A DNA stretch of 64,000 nucleotides, taken from Candidatus Bathyarchaeota archaeon. Lineage in GTDB: Archaea > Thermoproteota > Bathyarchaeia > 40CM-2-53-6. The first letter of the stretch is position 1. Every line of letters starts with the position of its first letter. The translations under genes and the position numbers were made by a program. Below the pieces are notes generated by a model that saw only the letters and a program-made list of their open reading frames with translations, made no database searches and was not told where the DNA came from. The stretch covers positions 320,001 to 384,000 of the forward strand of contig CAVTBR010000002.1 in assembly GCA_963733055.1 (NCBI GenBank), in the 5' to 3' direction. Shown in pieces: positions 28,934-37,962 of the stretch.

Positions 28934-29834
28934 CTAAACCAGGGGCTGCGCCAGAGTCCAGAGGTCTTCGAACACCTTCCTGAAGAGCTGGTGACTTTCG
29001 ATTTGCACCAGATAAGTCGGCTTCTTTCCCGTCCTTGAATGATTGACCCATAACCCAGCAACCATCGTCTATGAAGAACAGCCTGTCGTGGCAGTCCTTG
29101 CTAGTACGCACCTCGAAGTTGACGCCGGGATTCATCTTGAACTTCTTCGCAACAGTCACAAAGTTGCCTTTCGGCGTATTCGTAAGGATCCGAATCTTGA
29201 TTCCCGTGGGTATCTTCTCAAGGTACAGGTTGAGGATCTCTTCGTCGGCATACGCATCGATCAGGAAGACCTCGCTCTTCGCCTGTGTCGTTATGTCGCG
29301 GATGTCCTTGTAAAAGTCATAGACCTGTCCTTTTTCGTAGACTTTCTCTCCCTGCCCGTAAACGATTGTCTGGGGCTTGAGGTTGGACCAAGGCAGCTCG
29401 ATGCCGGCTTCGAGAAGCATCTTATCGATCTTGAGCATTTCGTCGAAGATAGCCTTCAGATTAGTCATCAACTGCTTGAATGCGCTGTGCACCGTGTCTA
29501 TGCGCTGCTGATGCTGCATGAAGTTGGGGGAGACGTCTCCATTTCGGTCGACTTCCTGAACAACCCGATAGTAACAATGACCGTCGGGCATTATGTTGCA
29601 TGAGTGGCAGAAGGCGAACCCGAGCCTTTCGAGGAAGTTCTCTCTCCGATCCTTTCCGCGGACATTGGAGCGTTGAAGATAGGGAGAATAATCGAAGGTG
29701 TTGGAGTAGACGTGAATCACGAAGAAAGCTGACTGCTGACTGACTTTCAGGTAGGAAAGGCGTCCGAGAAATTCGCCGCTTCCAGCTTCGTTGACCTTCT
29801 CATTTGATAGACCGACGTGCCCCTCGCCGTTCAT
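28934..29834 (-). pseudogene. Protein with a C-terminal PLD-like nuclease domain, frameshifted near 29030
   Basis: LIDAY, IRILT, HDRLFFIDD...GQSFKD; restoring 2 nt gives GKKPTYLVQIESHQLFRKVFEDLWTLAQPLV*. Confidence 0.7.
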
Positions 29835-30102
29835 AACAATGCTTTAGCGCCGTTCTCGGATAAATGGCTTGGAGTGAAGATTGGACTCTACCAGAATGGT
29901 CCGAAATCTCCTTGGGGAAATCACACACTCGCCTTGTGAAGTCCTTCGCCAAGTGATCTGGGTATTCACCACTGAGTGAAGGTACCATGTGTCGAGACTG
30001 TGGCTTCCAAACCGAGTTACGATCCGAATTGATCTTGAGTCGGAATCGTTGACTGCGGCGCCATCCCGAAATCACAAATAAAGCAATCATCCGTTATTTG
30101 GT

Positions 30103-31527
30103 ATGGGATTGGGTAATATACGGTCCCTTGTGCTTAGTTCCAGGTTCGTCTTCTCTCTCTACGTTCTTCAGGCGCTTTTCCCGATAACAAGTATCCTCTT
30201 GATATTAGTGCCCAGTGTGCCCTACGTCGCCAAAGTGATGGGGTTTCCTCTCCTGTCCATTGGCTTTGGTCTATATCCTAATGGCGTGCTGGCAACCACG
30301 GCCCAGAATATCGGACTCAAAAACAAGTCTTGGTTCAAAGGAGCCTTGGACGCGGCGTGTGTCGCAGCTGCCATAGGGTTCATAGTCTCTTTTGGGTATT
30401 TGGCACGGGCCGATGAGAGCATACTAAACTCGATTTGGTTGGCTATTACAGTCGCCTACGTCTTCTCGGTTCTCATTGTGACCGCCAGCGCCCCCGATGA
30501 AGAGATTAGGCACCGACTGGTTGACCGCCTGAACGCTTACTCCGCCCGGGAGATGATAACCTTCAGAACTGGAATGGCCCGCACTAAGTTTGCTTCGCGA
30601 TTATTCTTCAAGGACAACCTGAAATCCCTATTCGCACTAATTATCGGCCTGTATTTGGTTGTCTCACTAACGGACCCGCTCGTTTACCCTCACTTGTTGA
30701 TTGCGACTATCGGGGGCGTCGTTTTCCTGTCAGCCCTCACAAAACTTGCCGTTTACGTGCTCTCAGGCGCCACTTTGATTTTACGTCGGGCCGACGGTGG
30801 ATCTCGACCCACCAATTTGGGGACGAGATATTGGCTGTTGTACGGAGGATCGATCGGCCTCTGCTCGGTGTTGACGTACTATCAGTTTCTATTCAGTGCT
30901 CTATCCCTACCGCCGACTTATTTCTACATGCTGCGTGAAGTGGCCCTCGACGGAGCGATTGTTAACGTCCAGCTTGCGTGCCTGATTGGATTGAGCATAA
31001 ACATTGTCGCAGGTCCTCGGCTCGGGGAGGGGCTCACGAAGTTCCTGAGCTACCTCTCCAGGGTCTGGAGATATTCGCAGCTTGACCGCAAGGCAACTGA
31101 AATCCATCTAGGCAGCAAGCCCAGTGTGAGCACGTTTCAAATGTTTTTTCACGGACTCCTGGAAATCTCTGCAGGCGTTGTGTGGGTGGTTGTCGTGTTT
31201 CCGGCCGCTCTTTCTCCTCTTGTGGGACTAGCTTCCCTGTCGCTTCTCGCAGCGATCGGGTGCTTATCGGTGGCGGTATACGTTTTTCTCGACCTTGGGT
31301 TCAGAGGGGTTGAACTCGATGGGACCAAGATCAGTCCGAAGCTACTTCACAAGGCTTGGACGATTCTCACCGTTGTCGCGGCCGTAAAGCAAATCATTAG
31401 TCCCAATATGTCCATCATAGTTGTCGCAATTCCGGTAGGTCTAAGCGCGATCTTGGGTTTCACCCTCGGATTCCTCGCATCATACGAATCCGCTGCAGCC
31501 AGAATACGCTTCAATTCAAGAGACTGA
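30103..31527 (+). CDS. Hypothetical polytopic membrane protein
   Basis: 474 aa, about 12 TM segments. Confidence 0.65.
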   Translation: MGLGNIRSLVLSSRFVFSLYVLQALFPITSILLILVPSVPYVAKVMGFPLLSIGFGLYPNGVLATTAQNIGLKNKSWFKGALDAACVAAAIGFIVSFGYLARADESILNSIWLAITVAYVFSVLIVTASAPDEEIRHRLVDRLNAYSAREMITFRTGMARTKFASRLFFKDNLKSLFALIIGLYLVVSLTDPLVYPHLLIATIGGVVFLSALTKLAVYVLSGATLILRRADGGSRPTNLGTRYWLLYGGSIGLCSVLTYYQFLFSALSLPPTYFYMLREVALDGAIVNVQLACLIGLSINIVAGPRLGEGLTKFLSYLSRVWRYSQLDRKATEIHLGSKPSVSTFQMFFHGLLEISAGVVWVVVVFPAALSPLVGLASLSLLAAIGCLSVAVYVFLDLGFRGVELDGTKISPKLLHKAWTILTVVAAVKQIISPNMSIIVVAIPVGLSAILGFTLGFLASYESAAARIRFNSRD

Positions 31528-31534
31528 GAGCGTT

Positions 31535-31933
31535 CTATACACTCATCGCGTGCGCATACCAAGCGGGCAAGGTAACGGCTCTGCCAGACTGTTTTGCGAT
31601 CTTTCTTTTCTTGTGGAACATTGACTTGGGGGCGGGGGGCGTGTCTGTTTCTTCGACCGCTTCCTGCTTTTCGTCTTCCACAGCGCGGCCGAAGACCCTG
31701 ACCTCCTGCTCCTCTGTCAGAACGATTTCCTGTGTCCGCCGCACATATTCGAGTTCGCCCTCGTTCAGAAATCCCAGGTTCTTGGTGGTCTGCAAGCCAT
31801 TCACCGTCTGGACCACGCGGTACGGGTAGGCCGCTTTCTGGTCGTGCAGCATCTGCTTATCCACCTCGACCTCGACGCAAGCGCGCCGGTTGCGACTGAA
31901 GGCTTTCGCCGTGAACAGTTTTTCGACGCTCAA
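31535..31933 (-). CDS. Hypothetical protein (end of leftward operon B1)
   Basis: Abuts the upstream gene. Confidence 0.55.
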   Translation of the reverse strand: MSVEKLFTAKAFSRNRRACVEVEVDKQMLHDQKAAYPYRVVQTVNGLQTTKNLGFLNEGELEYVRRTQEIVLTEEQEVRVFGRAVEDEKQEAVEETDTPPAPKSMFHKKRKIAKQSGRAVTLPAWYAHAMSV

Positions 31934-32680
31934 TTAACTTTCCACCTGTATCGTTGTAACCGCTACCTTGATCGTGACTTGCTGAGGGCTGACACTTTGC
32001 GGTAGCGCCGTTGTGCCGGTGAGTGTTGTGTGCGCGCCTTCGCCGGGGGCTGCCGTGAGCGTGGCTTGTATGGAGCCTGAGGTGTCTGCAGGGAGAGTCT
32101 CTGTGAATGCGCTGACCTGAACGGAGTGGTAAGTGACGGCGAGGTAGGAGCGCGAGGACACGGGGTAGGGAGCGAGGACTTGGATCAAGTCAATCGTGAC
32201 AGCGAGGTGGTTTCCGGTCTTCAGAACGAACACTTCGACAGTTGGAGTCGTGTCAATTTCGGCCGTTCCGTCGTTGTATTTCCAGCTGACTGCCGGGACA
32301 GTGCTGGTCATGGACCCGCTTCCGTGAATGAACGCAGGCTGAGGCGTGAACAGCGGGTAAGGGTTCGCATATTCTACGACGGCCGTGGCGCCGCTCCACA
32401 AGGGCGCCTGGACGCCGCCGGACCCGTAGCTGACGTAGAGATCTGCGAGCCAAGTACGGACAACGCCTGACGTGAACAGGAAGCGGATCTGCGTGGGGGA
32501 GCCGCCATAGGCGGTGTTGGTGAAGGCTGCGGGGAGCTGCTGACCCATGACCACTTGAGCGTTAGGTACTTCGGCGTAGTAAAACGCGGGCAGGTAGGTC
32601 TGAACGCCCAACGCGAACAACCCCACCACCATCACTAGCATGGCTATTGTGACGAAGTTGTACTCAACCACCGTCTCCAT
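31934..32680 (-). CDS. Membrane-anchored beta-rich protein, pilin/spike-like
   Basis: VVEYNFVTIAMLVMVVGLFALGV N-terminal helix, then a T/V/S-rich ectodomain; no K/R-G class III cleavage site visible. Confidence 0.6.
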   Translation of the reverse strand: METVVEYNFVTIAMLVMVVGLFALGVQTYLPAFYYAEVPNAQVVMGQQLPAAFTNTAYGGSPTQIRFLFTSGVVRTWLADLYVSYGSGGVQAPLWSGATAVVEYANPYPLFTPQPAFIHGSGSMTSTVPAVSWKYNDGTAEIDTTPTVEVFVLKTGNHLAVTIDLIQVLAPYPVSSRSYLAVTYHSVQVSAFTETLPADTSGSIQATLTAAPGEGAHTTLTGTTALPQSVSPQQVTIKVAVTTIQVES

Positions 32681-33023
32681 TTCTTTCTCCCTCCTTGGGT
32701 TTGCGGTGATCGTTGATTAGCGCGTCCAACTCGTGCTGAATGAACAGGCTGCGGTTGATCCTTTTGAGCGCAGTCCATCTGAGTTGGTCAGCAAAGACGT
32801 AGATGCTTCTCACGGTCGGTGGCTGCTTGGTGTGCACGAAGGGACTGACGGCGTGCGGCTCGCCGCCCATCAAGGCGTCGAATCTCTCCCTCACAAACGC
32901 CGAGAAGTTCTTAACCAAGTCTGGGTGGGCGCGGAGAAGTTCGTGTTGGTCTCGACGTATGTGGACGGCCGCCGTTACCAGCTCGCGGCGCGACCTGATC
33001 CCCGCCCTCGCTTTCCGGTTCAT
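32664..33023 (-). CDS. Tandem ribbon-helix-helix-like DNA-binding protein
   Basis: Internal repeat TAAVHIRRDQ...NFSAFVRERFDALM / VRSIYVFADQ...NRSLFIQHELDALI. Confidence 0.65.
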   Translation of the reverse strand: MNRKARAGIRSRRELVTAAVHIRRDQHELLRAHPDLVKNFSAFVRERFDALMGGEPHAVSPFVHTKQPPTVRSIYVFADQLRWTALKRINRSLFIQHELDALINDHRKPKEGERNGDGG

Positions 33024-33337
33024 GCGGCTGCCTCCTGTAGGCCGGAAGACAGCGCCCGCATGACGCTCTCAACTCGTTCCTCGTGGGTCTTTCCAAGCAC
33101 GCTGACCTGTGACACGTCGCCGCAGACCAGCCACCGCTCCCCCGGCCGCTCACGCAGCATGGTCAGGTTGCTTGCGCGCACTATGCGAAGTCGAGAGCGT
33201 GCTTGGTCTCTTTCGACTCCGATCCAGTCTAGATTTTCGTTCGTTTCGCACCGGAAGTAAGCCTCGATTACTGAGACGTATTTCTCAGCAGCCTTGCGGA
33301 TCTTGTCCGCCGTCTCCAGTGGTGCTTGTGCGCTCAT
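33020..33337 (-). CDS. Hypothetical protein
   Basis: ATGA-coupled to both neighbours. Confidence 0.6.
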   Translation of the reverse strand: MSAQAPLETADKIRKAAEKYVSVIEAYFRCETNENLDWIGVERDQARSRLRIVRASNLTMLRERPGERWLVCGDVSQVSVLGKTHEERVESVMRALSSGLQEAAA

Positions 33338-33762
33338 TCGCCCTCACCTATGGCCGCTGTCGATGCCAAGGCTACGGCGTCCGGCGTCGGGTCGAGAAGG
33401 TACTGACCTGTGACCTTGACTTCGTTGAACGTGACGAGGATCGGCATTCCATTGGGATAGCGGTAGGGCATCGAGAGCCTCTGAACTCGGACCTCGTAGT
33501 TCTCGGCGGGCTGCATCTCTACGGGCGCGTGCTTGCCAACGTAGCACTCCTTGCCGCTGTGCGGAGACTGCGGATCGTAGTGAACCGCGTACCAATATTG
33601 GTAGGGTGTGCCGGCTGAAGTTCGGACGGTCTTGAACCTGAAGTTGCAGATTAGCCCGCACTTTGGACAGTACTGAGGGCTCGAGTTCTTAGGCGGTCTC
33701 TTTCGGAGTTCCGGCTTCAGAACCGGGACTCTGCCGCCGTCCACTCCGATGCTTTTTCCCAT
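33334..33762 (-). CDS. Zn-binding, putative DNA-binding protein heading operon B1
   Basis: CPKCG...YQYWYAVH...KECYVGK; TTTAAAAG box about 33 bp upstream. Confidence 0.65.
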   Translation of the reverse strand: MGKSIGVDGGRVPVLKPELRKRPPKNSSPQYCPKCGLICNFRFKTVRTSAGTPYQYWYAVHYDPQSPHSGKECYVGKHAPVEMQPAENYEVRVQRLSMPYRYPNGMPILVTFNEVKVTGQYLLDPTPDAVALASTAAIGEGE

Positions 33763-33907
33763 CGCTTTTCCCCTAATAATATATTGTTAGAACCCTTTTA
33801 AAGAGCCATACCCGCCCGCCAACTACTCAGCGTAGTTTGTGAAAGGTTTAGATAAGGACGGAAGACCGGATTTGGAGTCCGTTTCCTATGCTAAAGATCG
33901 GCGTTCA

Positions 33908-34786
33908 TCATGTCGGCTTCCAATCAGACTTGACTTGGGATTTAATGGTCCGTTTGATCTCTTCGTTGTCCCAGCCCTCGAGAAACTGGTTCAGGAACGC
34001 CGGCCCCCTGCTCGACCACTCGCTCGGGTCAGTTTCTAGATCGTAAGTCGAAAAACTATTCATCGCCGTGAGAAGTTTCGAAACGAGCTCGCTCAATTCC
34101 GTGTCTAGTTCCTGAATGAGGTTCTTCCTGAAGAACGACCAACGCGACTTCAGCGACAGCGAGAGCACGAAGATCGTGAGCTGCTCCTCAAGCTCCTCCA
34201 CCTTCAGAAGCTTGAAGCCGGCGTCCGCCACCGCGTCTCTCACGGTGCAGAGCCTGATTACGTCCACCAGCTCATCAAGGTCGTAGAACGAGGGCGGGTT
34301 CTGGTAGACCATCTTGGGAATTTCGTTGAGTTGCGCTGGGTCAACGGCGGGTAACGGACCGGCCGGCAGGGTGGCTGGCGACAGCAGGATCCGTATTTGA
34401 TAGCCGAAGCTCGCAGGGAAGAAGTAGAAGTAGGCAGCGCAGACGGCGACCACAACCACTCCCCAGAAGATTGTCAAGCCCGGATTGGGGTTGAGCGCCT
34501 GCCCGTAGAGCGAGCTGGCAAGCATGCCGCCACCGATGCCGATGCCCACAGTCAGGATGTATGGAATGGCTATGAGACGCTTGTTATTGAGAGCCTCAAG
34601 AGCTCTTCCCAGCATGGCAGTTTGGCTTGCCGTCCATTCCAGCAGAACCTCGGGAGCGGTCGAAGGTTTGCCCCTTTGTGGCCGCTTCAACGGGCCAGAA
34701 GTACAGTACGGCCACGTGTCCACATCCCATATGCGTTTCGACAGAACCGCCTCTTTAGAAAACGGAATCAATTGAGGCAACGCCAC
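33908..34786 (-). CDS. Hypothetical 2-TM protein
   Basis: GGAGGTG RBS; two TM segments plus a helical C-terminal domain. Confidence 0.65.
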   Translation of the reverse strand: MALPQLIPFSKEAVLSKRIWDVDTWPYCTSGPLKRPQRGKPSTAPEVLLEWTASQTAMLGRALEALNNKRLIAIPYILTVGIGIGGGMLASSLYGQALNPNPGLTIFWGVVVVAVCAAYFYFFPASFGYQIRILLSPATLPAGPLPAVDPAQLNEIPKMVYQNPPSFYDLDELVDVIRLCTVRDAVADAGFKLLKVEELEEQLTIFVLSLSLKSRWSFFRKNLIQELDTELSELVSKLLTAMNSFSTYDLETDPSEWSSRGPAFLNQFLEGWDNEEIKRTIKSQVKSDWKPT

Positions 34787-34919
34787 TGCCTACACCTCCA
34801 TACGCAAACCCGTTAGACAGCGGGACGTCACGCGAGGAAATATGCCCTTCCTTTTTTCGCCTCCGCCTAAAACAGAAGCGATAAATCGGTAGGAGCCGCT
34901 GCTCTCTGTCTGATCTCAG

Positions 34920-35288
34920 TTGGGTCGGGGAAGAAATCCAAGGAAATTCAGCGCGAGACGCAGCATTGGCCACAGCGTTCTTGACAAGAAACCCCGGCCC
35001 GAGAAGCTCACCAACAAAGAGAGTTTCAAAGTCAAGGTGTTGGGACGCGAGGTTTACGGCACCGAAGGGAAGAAGACCGTATCCCCCGTGCCCGCCAAAC
35101 AAAGCACCGAGGAGTCCGGAGAAGGCGGCATCCAAGTGGACCCGACCAAGCCTTCAGTCGCTGTGGCAGGGAAGAAGACGACCAAGAAGACGCTTGAATT
35201 CAAGCAATCAGACTCGAAATCAACTCCGCCACCCTCAACAAACACCGGAAACACGGGCCAATCCCAAACCTCCTCCACAACTCAGTAA
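34920..35288 (+). CDS. Small Lys/Thr-rich hypothetical protein
   Basis: Low-complexity ORF with a coding-like composition. Confidence 0.4.
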   Translation: MGRGRNPRKFSARRSIGHSVLDKKPRPEKLTNKESFKVKVLGREVYGTEGKKTVSPVPAKQSTEESGEGGIQVDPTKPSVAVAGKKTTKKTLEFKQSDSKSTPPPSTNTGNTGQSQTSSTTQ

Positions 35289-35958
35289 GAACGAGCCACT
35301 CTCTCGACTACTCTGAGAATCCAGTCCTCAAGACTACTAACCGTCCATTCTTAACAATCATTCAGCTGGGGAGAGTGTTCCTGGTTCTTTTGATTGCGGT
35401 AGTTCGAGAGACTATCTCTGATTTGATTTTAGAAGACTCCAAGGAATAGAGAAGGAGAACAAAGAGAGAAGAATCTTAGAAGGTTGCGGTAGTTAGTACA
35501 AGCATAATCATCAAGCAGCTTCCGGTTCCGCAGGCCGCACAGGTCCCTCGTCCTCAGAGCAACTAGGATACCGCAACAAGCATCCCACCCGGCAGCCTAC
35601 GACCCCCCAAACAAGGGAGGCTTAACAAGCATAGCCCAAATCCGAGCGAAGCGAGACCGCGTATACCGCGGGGTCCTCCGAAGCCACACAAGCCAAGCCC
35701 AATTCTAGTTGATTAAGCCTCGAACGGACTTAAACGCCCCCGGACTGGCGGGGTCTTACCTTGCGTGTTACGGGTAAGAGAGCCGGATCAATTAACCCAC
35801 GAGGCCCCACAACCAAGCGTCGCCCCCCTCAAACGGCCGCCCTCGACACCGTCAACTCGCCTCCGCCAACAACCTCGCCACCACTCCGACCTCTCAATCC
35901 AAACTTCGCCTCCCGCCATGACTCAACCCCGCCTATCGCCTCCACCCACGAATGCAAA

Positions 35959-36523
35959 GTGTGGGGAGAGTTTGAAGGGTGTTAGTCAATGACTAGGTCA
36001 CGGACGGCGCTGCGAGAGTGGCGCTATTTCAGCAGGCCGACTTCTATCAGCCAGTAGAGGACCACGAGAAGCACCACGCCGACCGCCGCAACTACCGCGT
36101 ACACTGACAGCCGACGCCTCGGACGCTCCAAATAAGGCGAATTCCGAGCCACACAACCCCCTCACTCTTTCCTGCTCGGCATGGACAAAATAAACCGTGC
36201 AGGCGAAAGCGCCCACCAACGTGCGGGGAGAGTCCTGCGGATTGTTAGTCAATGAGAGACGCCACACCAGCCCGCAGGCAGAGAACAACTCCAAACTGTT
36301 AGTCGCTGACAGACCACCTAGCGGAAGGCGTAGTTAGTCAAGGACAGTTAGTCAATGAAACCAACCCCCCACAACACACCAAAAGAGACCCAGGAAACCC
36401 CCAAACAAACAGGGAAAAACCAGCAGGGCTGCAACCTACCAAACCACAAACCCTCCCCACTAAGAGGCGAAATCAGGGCTGCACGAGCTCGGAGGAGGGT
36501 TGCAGCGGAAACCTAGGGCTGGA
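35959..36523. repeat. Iteron-like repeat cluster
   Basis: GTTAGTCAATGA at 35981, 36244, 36347, with variants at 36298 and 36333; GTGYGGGGAGAGT at 35959 and 36221; AGGG(C/T)TG(C/G)A x4 at 36425-36523. Confidence 0.8.
36024..36152 (-). CDS. 42-aa single-pass membrane protein
   Basis: Not in the ORF track; MARNSPYLERPRRRLSVYAVVAAVGVVLLVVLYWLIEVGLLK with a GAGGGGG RBS. Confidence 0.6.
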   Translation of the reverse strand: MARNSPYLERPRRRLSVYAVVAAVGVVLLVVLYWLIEVGLLK

Positions 36524-36536
36524 CACGAAAATTGTG

Positions 36537-37049
36537 TTACTGTTTCGAGAGAATCTTCCAGGTGAGGTTGGCGAAGTGGCCCAGGGTGGGCAAAAGCACT
36601 ACGTCGGCGATAGCGAGGCCGACAACGTCAGGACCGAACATCCTAGGATAAAACAAGAGGAGCAAGACGATCGCGGTCACCACCACGGAAATGCCGACAA
36701 GGGCCCCCAGCAGTTCCTTCAAGCGCTTCCGGCGCTTCTTGCGCAACTGCCTGCGCCTAGCCCTATCCTCCGAACGCTCCCCGAAATGCCCCCGAGCGTA
36801 AGCTGTAGTATGGACCTCCCTAGCGAACATAATTCGTTCAAGACACTCCTGCGCGAGGAGGACGACGCCGACCCCGATGAGCGCGCCCGCAATCACGGCG
36901 ACGCCCACCGGGCCCAGGCTGAGGGCCGGGACCAAAGCGCCAAAAACCGTGAGCAACAAACCTCCGACCACGCACGCCACGTTGAAAGCCATCACTGGAC
37001 GCCTGAGAAACTGCGATCCGCACACGCCGATCTTCCGCTCCCCGCTCAT
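36537..37049 (-). CDS. 4-TM membrane protein with a basic linker
   Basis: Two hydrophobic hairpins separated by RARRRQLRKKRRKR; start uncertain. Confidence 0.6.
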   Translation of the reverse strand: MSGERKIGVCGSQFLRRPVMAFNVACVVGGLLLTVFGALVPALSLGPVGVAVIAGALIGVGVVLLAQECLERIMFAREVHTTAYARGHFGERSEDRARRRQLRKKRRKRLKELLGALVGISVVVTAIVLLLLFYPRMFGPDVVGLAIADVVLLPTLGHFANLTWKILSKQ

Positions 37050-37166
37050 GCTGCTCGTTCCCGCGGAGCAAATCATGCCCCGGCCGTTCTAATTTCACTT
37101 GCGCACCGACCACCCCAACGCCGCAACCACTAAATCCGATCCCCCACACCTCACGCAGGATAAGGA

Positions 37167-37652
37167 ATGGCGGAAAAAGCGGACTTGCGGGCATCCATCC
37201 GGATGATGCCCACACGCCTCTCACTGAGACTCCTTCAGCCCGTGAAGCTCGCCCCGCTGCTCGTGAGCGAACACTACATGCTCCGGCTGAAATTGGAAAA
37301 CATGCGCTACCAAACCCTGAAAGACGTGAGAGTCTCAACTAAGACCTGGGTCAAGATCGCGGGGAAAAACACGCCCTTCAAAGAAACTCTCGACTTCGGC
37401 GACATCTCAGCGAGAGACACGGTCGAGCGCACCTGGGGGCCGTACCTCATGAGGGAGCAGGGCTCATCCGACGTCGTAGTCGCTTGGGCGAAGGCGAGCG
37501 GCAAGTCCCTCACAATCCTCTACGAAAACCGCCCCAGCCGAACGTGGCTTCACACCTACGACGCGGAACCCTGGAGCTCAATTGTGCAAAGGCTTGTGGG
37601 CGTCATCACCTTCATCACGCTCATGCTCACCATACTCAAGCTACTGTGGTGA
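37167..37652 (+). CDS. Ig-like domain protein with a C-terminal TM
   Basis: L.LEN......DV.V pattern; hydrophobic C-terminus. Confidence 0.55.
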   Translation: MAEKADLRASIRMMPTRLSLRLLQPVKLAPLLVSEHYMLRLKLENMRYQTLKDVRVSTKTWVKIAGKNTPFKETLDFGDISARDTVERTWGPYLMREQGSSDVVVAWAKASGKSLTILYENRPSRTWLHTYDAEPWSSIVQRLVGVITFITLMLTILKLLW

Positions 37653-37674
37653 CAGACCCGTCGAAGCAACGGAC

Positions 37675-37962
37675 CTAATCGCGATTAGTGAGGAAAGCAA
37701 CGAACGCGCCGGCGAACATCACGACGCCTTCCATGGCGAGCAGAAAGTAGCAGGTGTTCGGATCCGTTTTGGCGATGAACACCCACGGATCCAAATTGAA
37801 CCCGGCCGAGAGCGGACTGAGCGCCCTCGCATAGACCCCCCACAGAACCCACACGGCATCGCAGACAACGCCCACCAACACCCAGTAGACCGGATACCAA
37901 CCCCTCACTGTCACGGCGACCACGGCGCGCCAGAGGCCAACAGTAGCGGCTCGAGAGATCAA
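37675..37962 (-). CDS. Small 2-TM protein
   Basis: TTGA-coupled to the upstream gene. Confidence 0.55.
   Translation of the reverse strand: MISRAATVGLWRAVVAVTVRGWYPVYWVLVGVVCDAVWVLWGVYARALSPLSAGFNLDPWVFIAKTDPNTCYFLLAMEGVVMFAGAFVAFLTNRD

Noticed and set aside
28554-29834. Apparent 426-aa PLD-like nuclease-DUF4326 fusion in the ORF track
   Set aside because: Produced by a 2-nt loss near 29030; the natural PLD-like C-terminus is in another frame ending at 28934, and DUF4326 has its own ATG at 28874
35959-36523. Repeat cluster as a CRISPR array
   Set aside because: Units are 10-13 bp with irregular spacing, and there are no cas genes in the window
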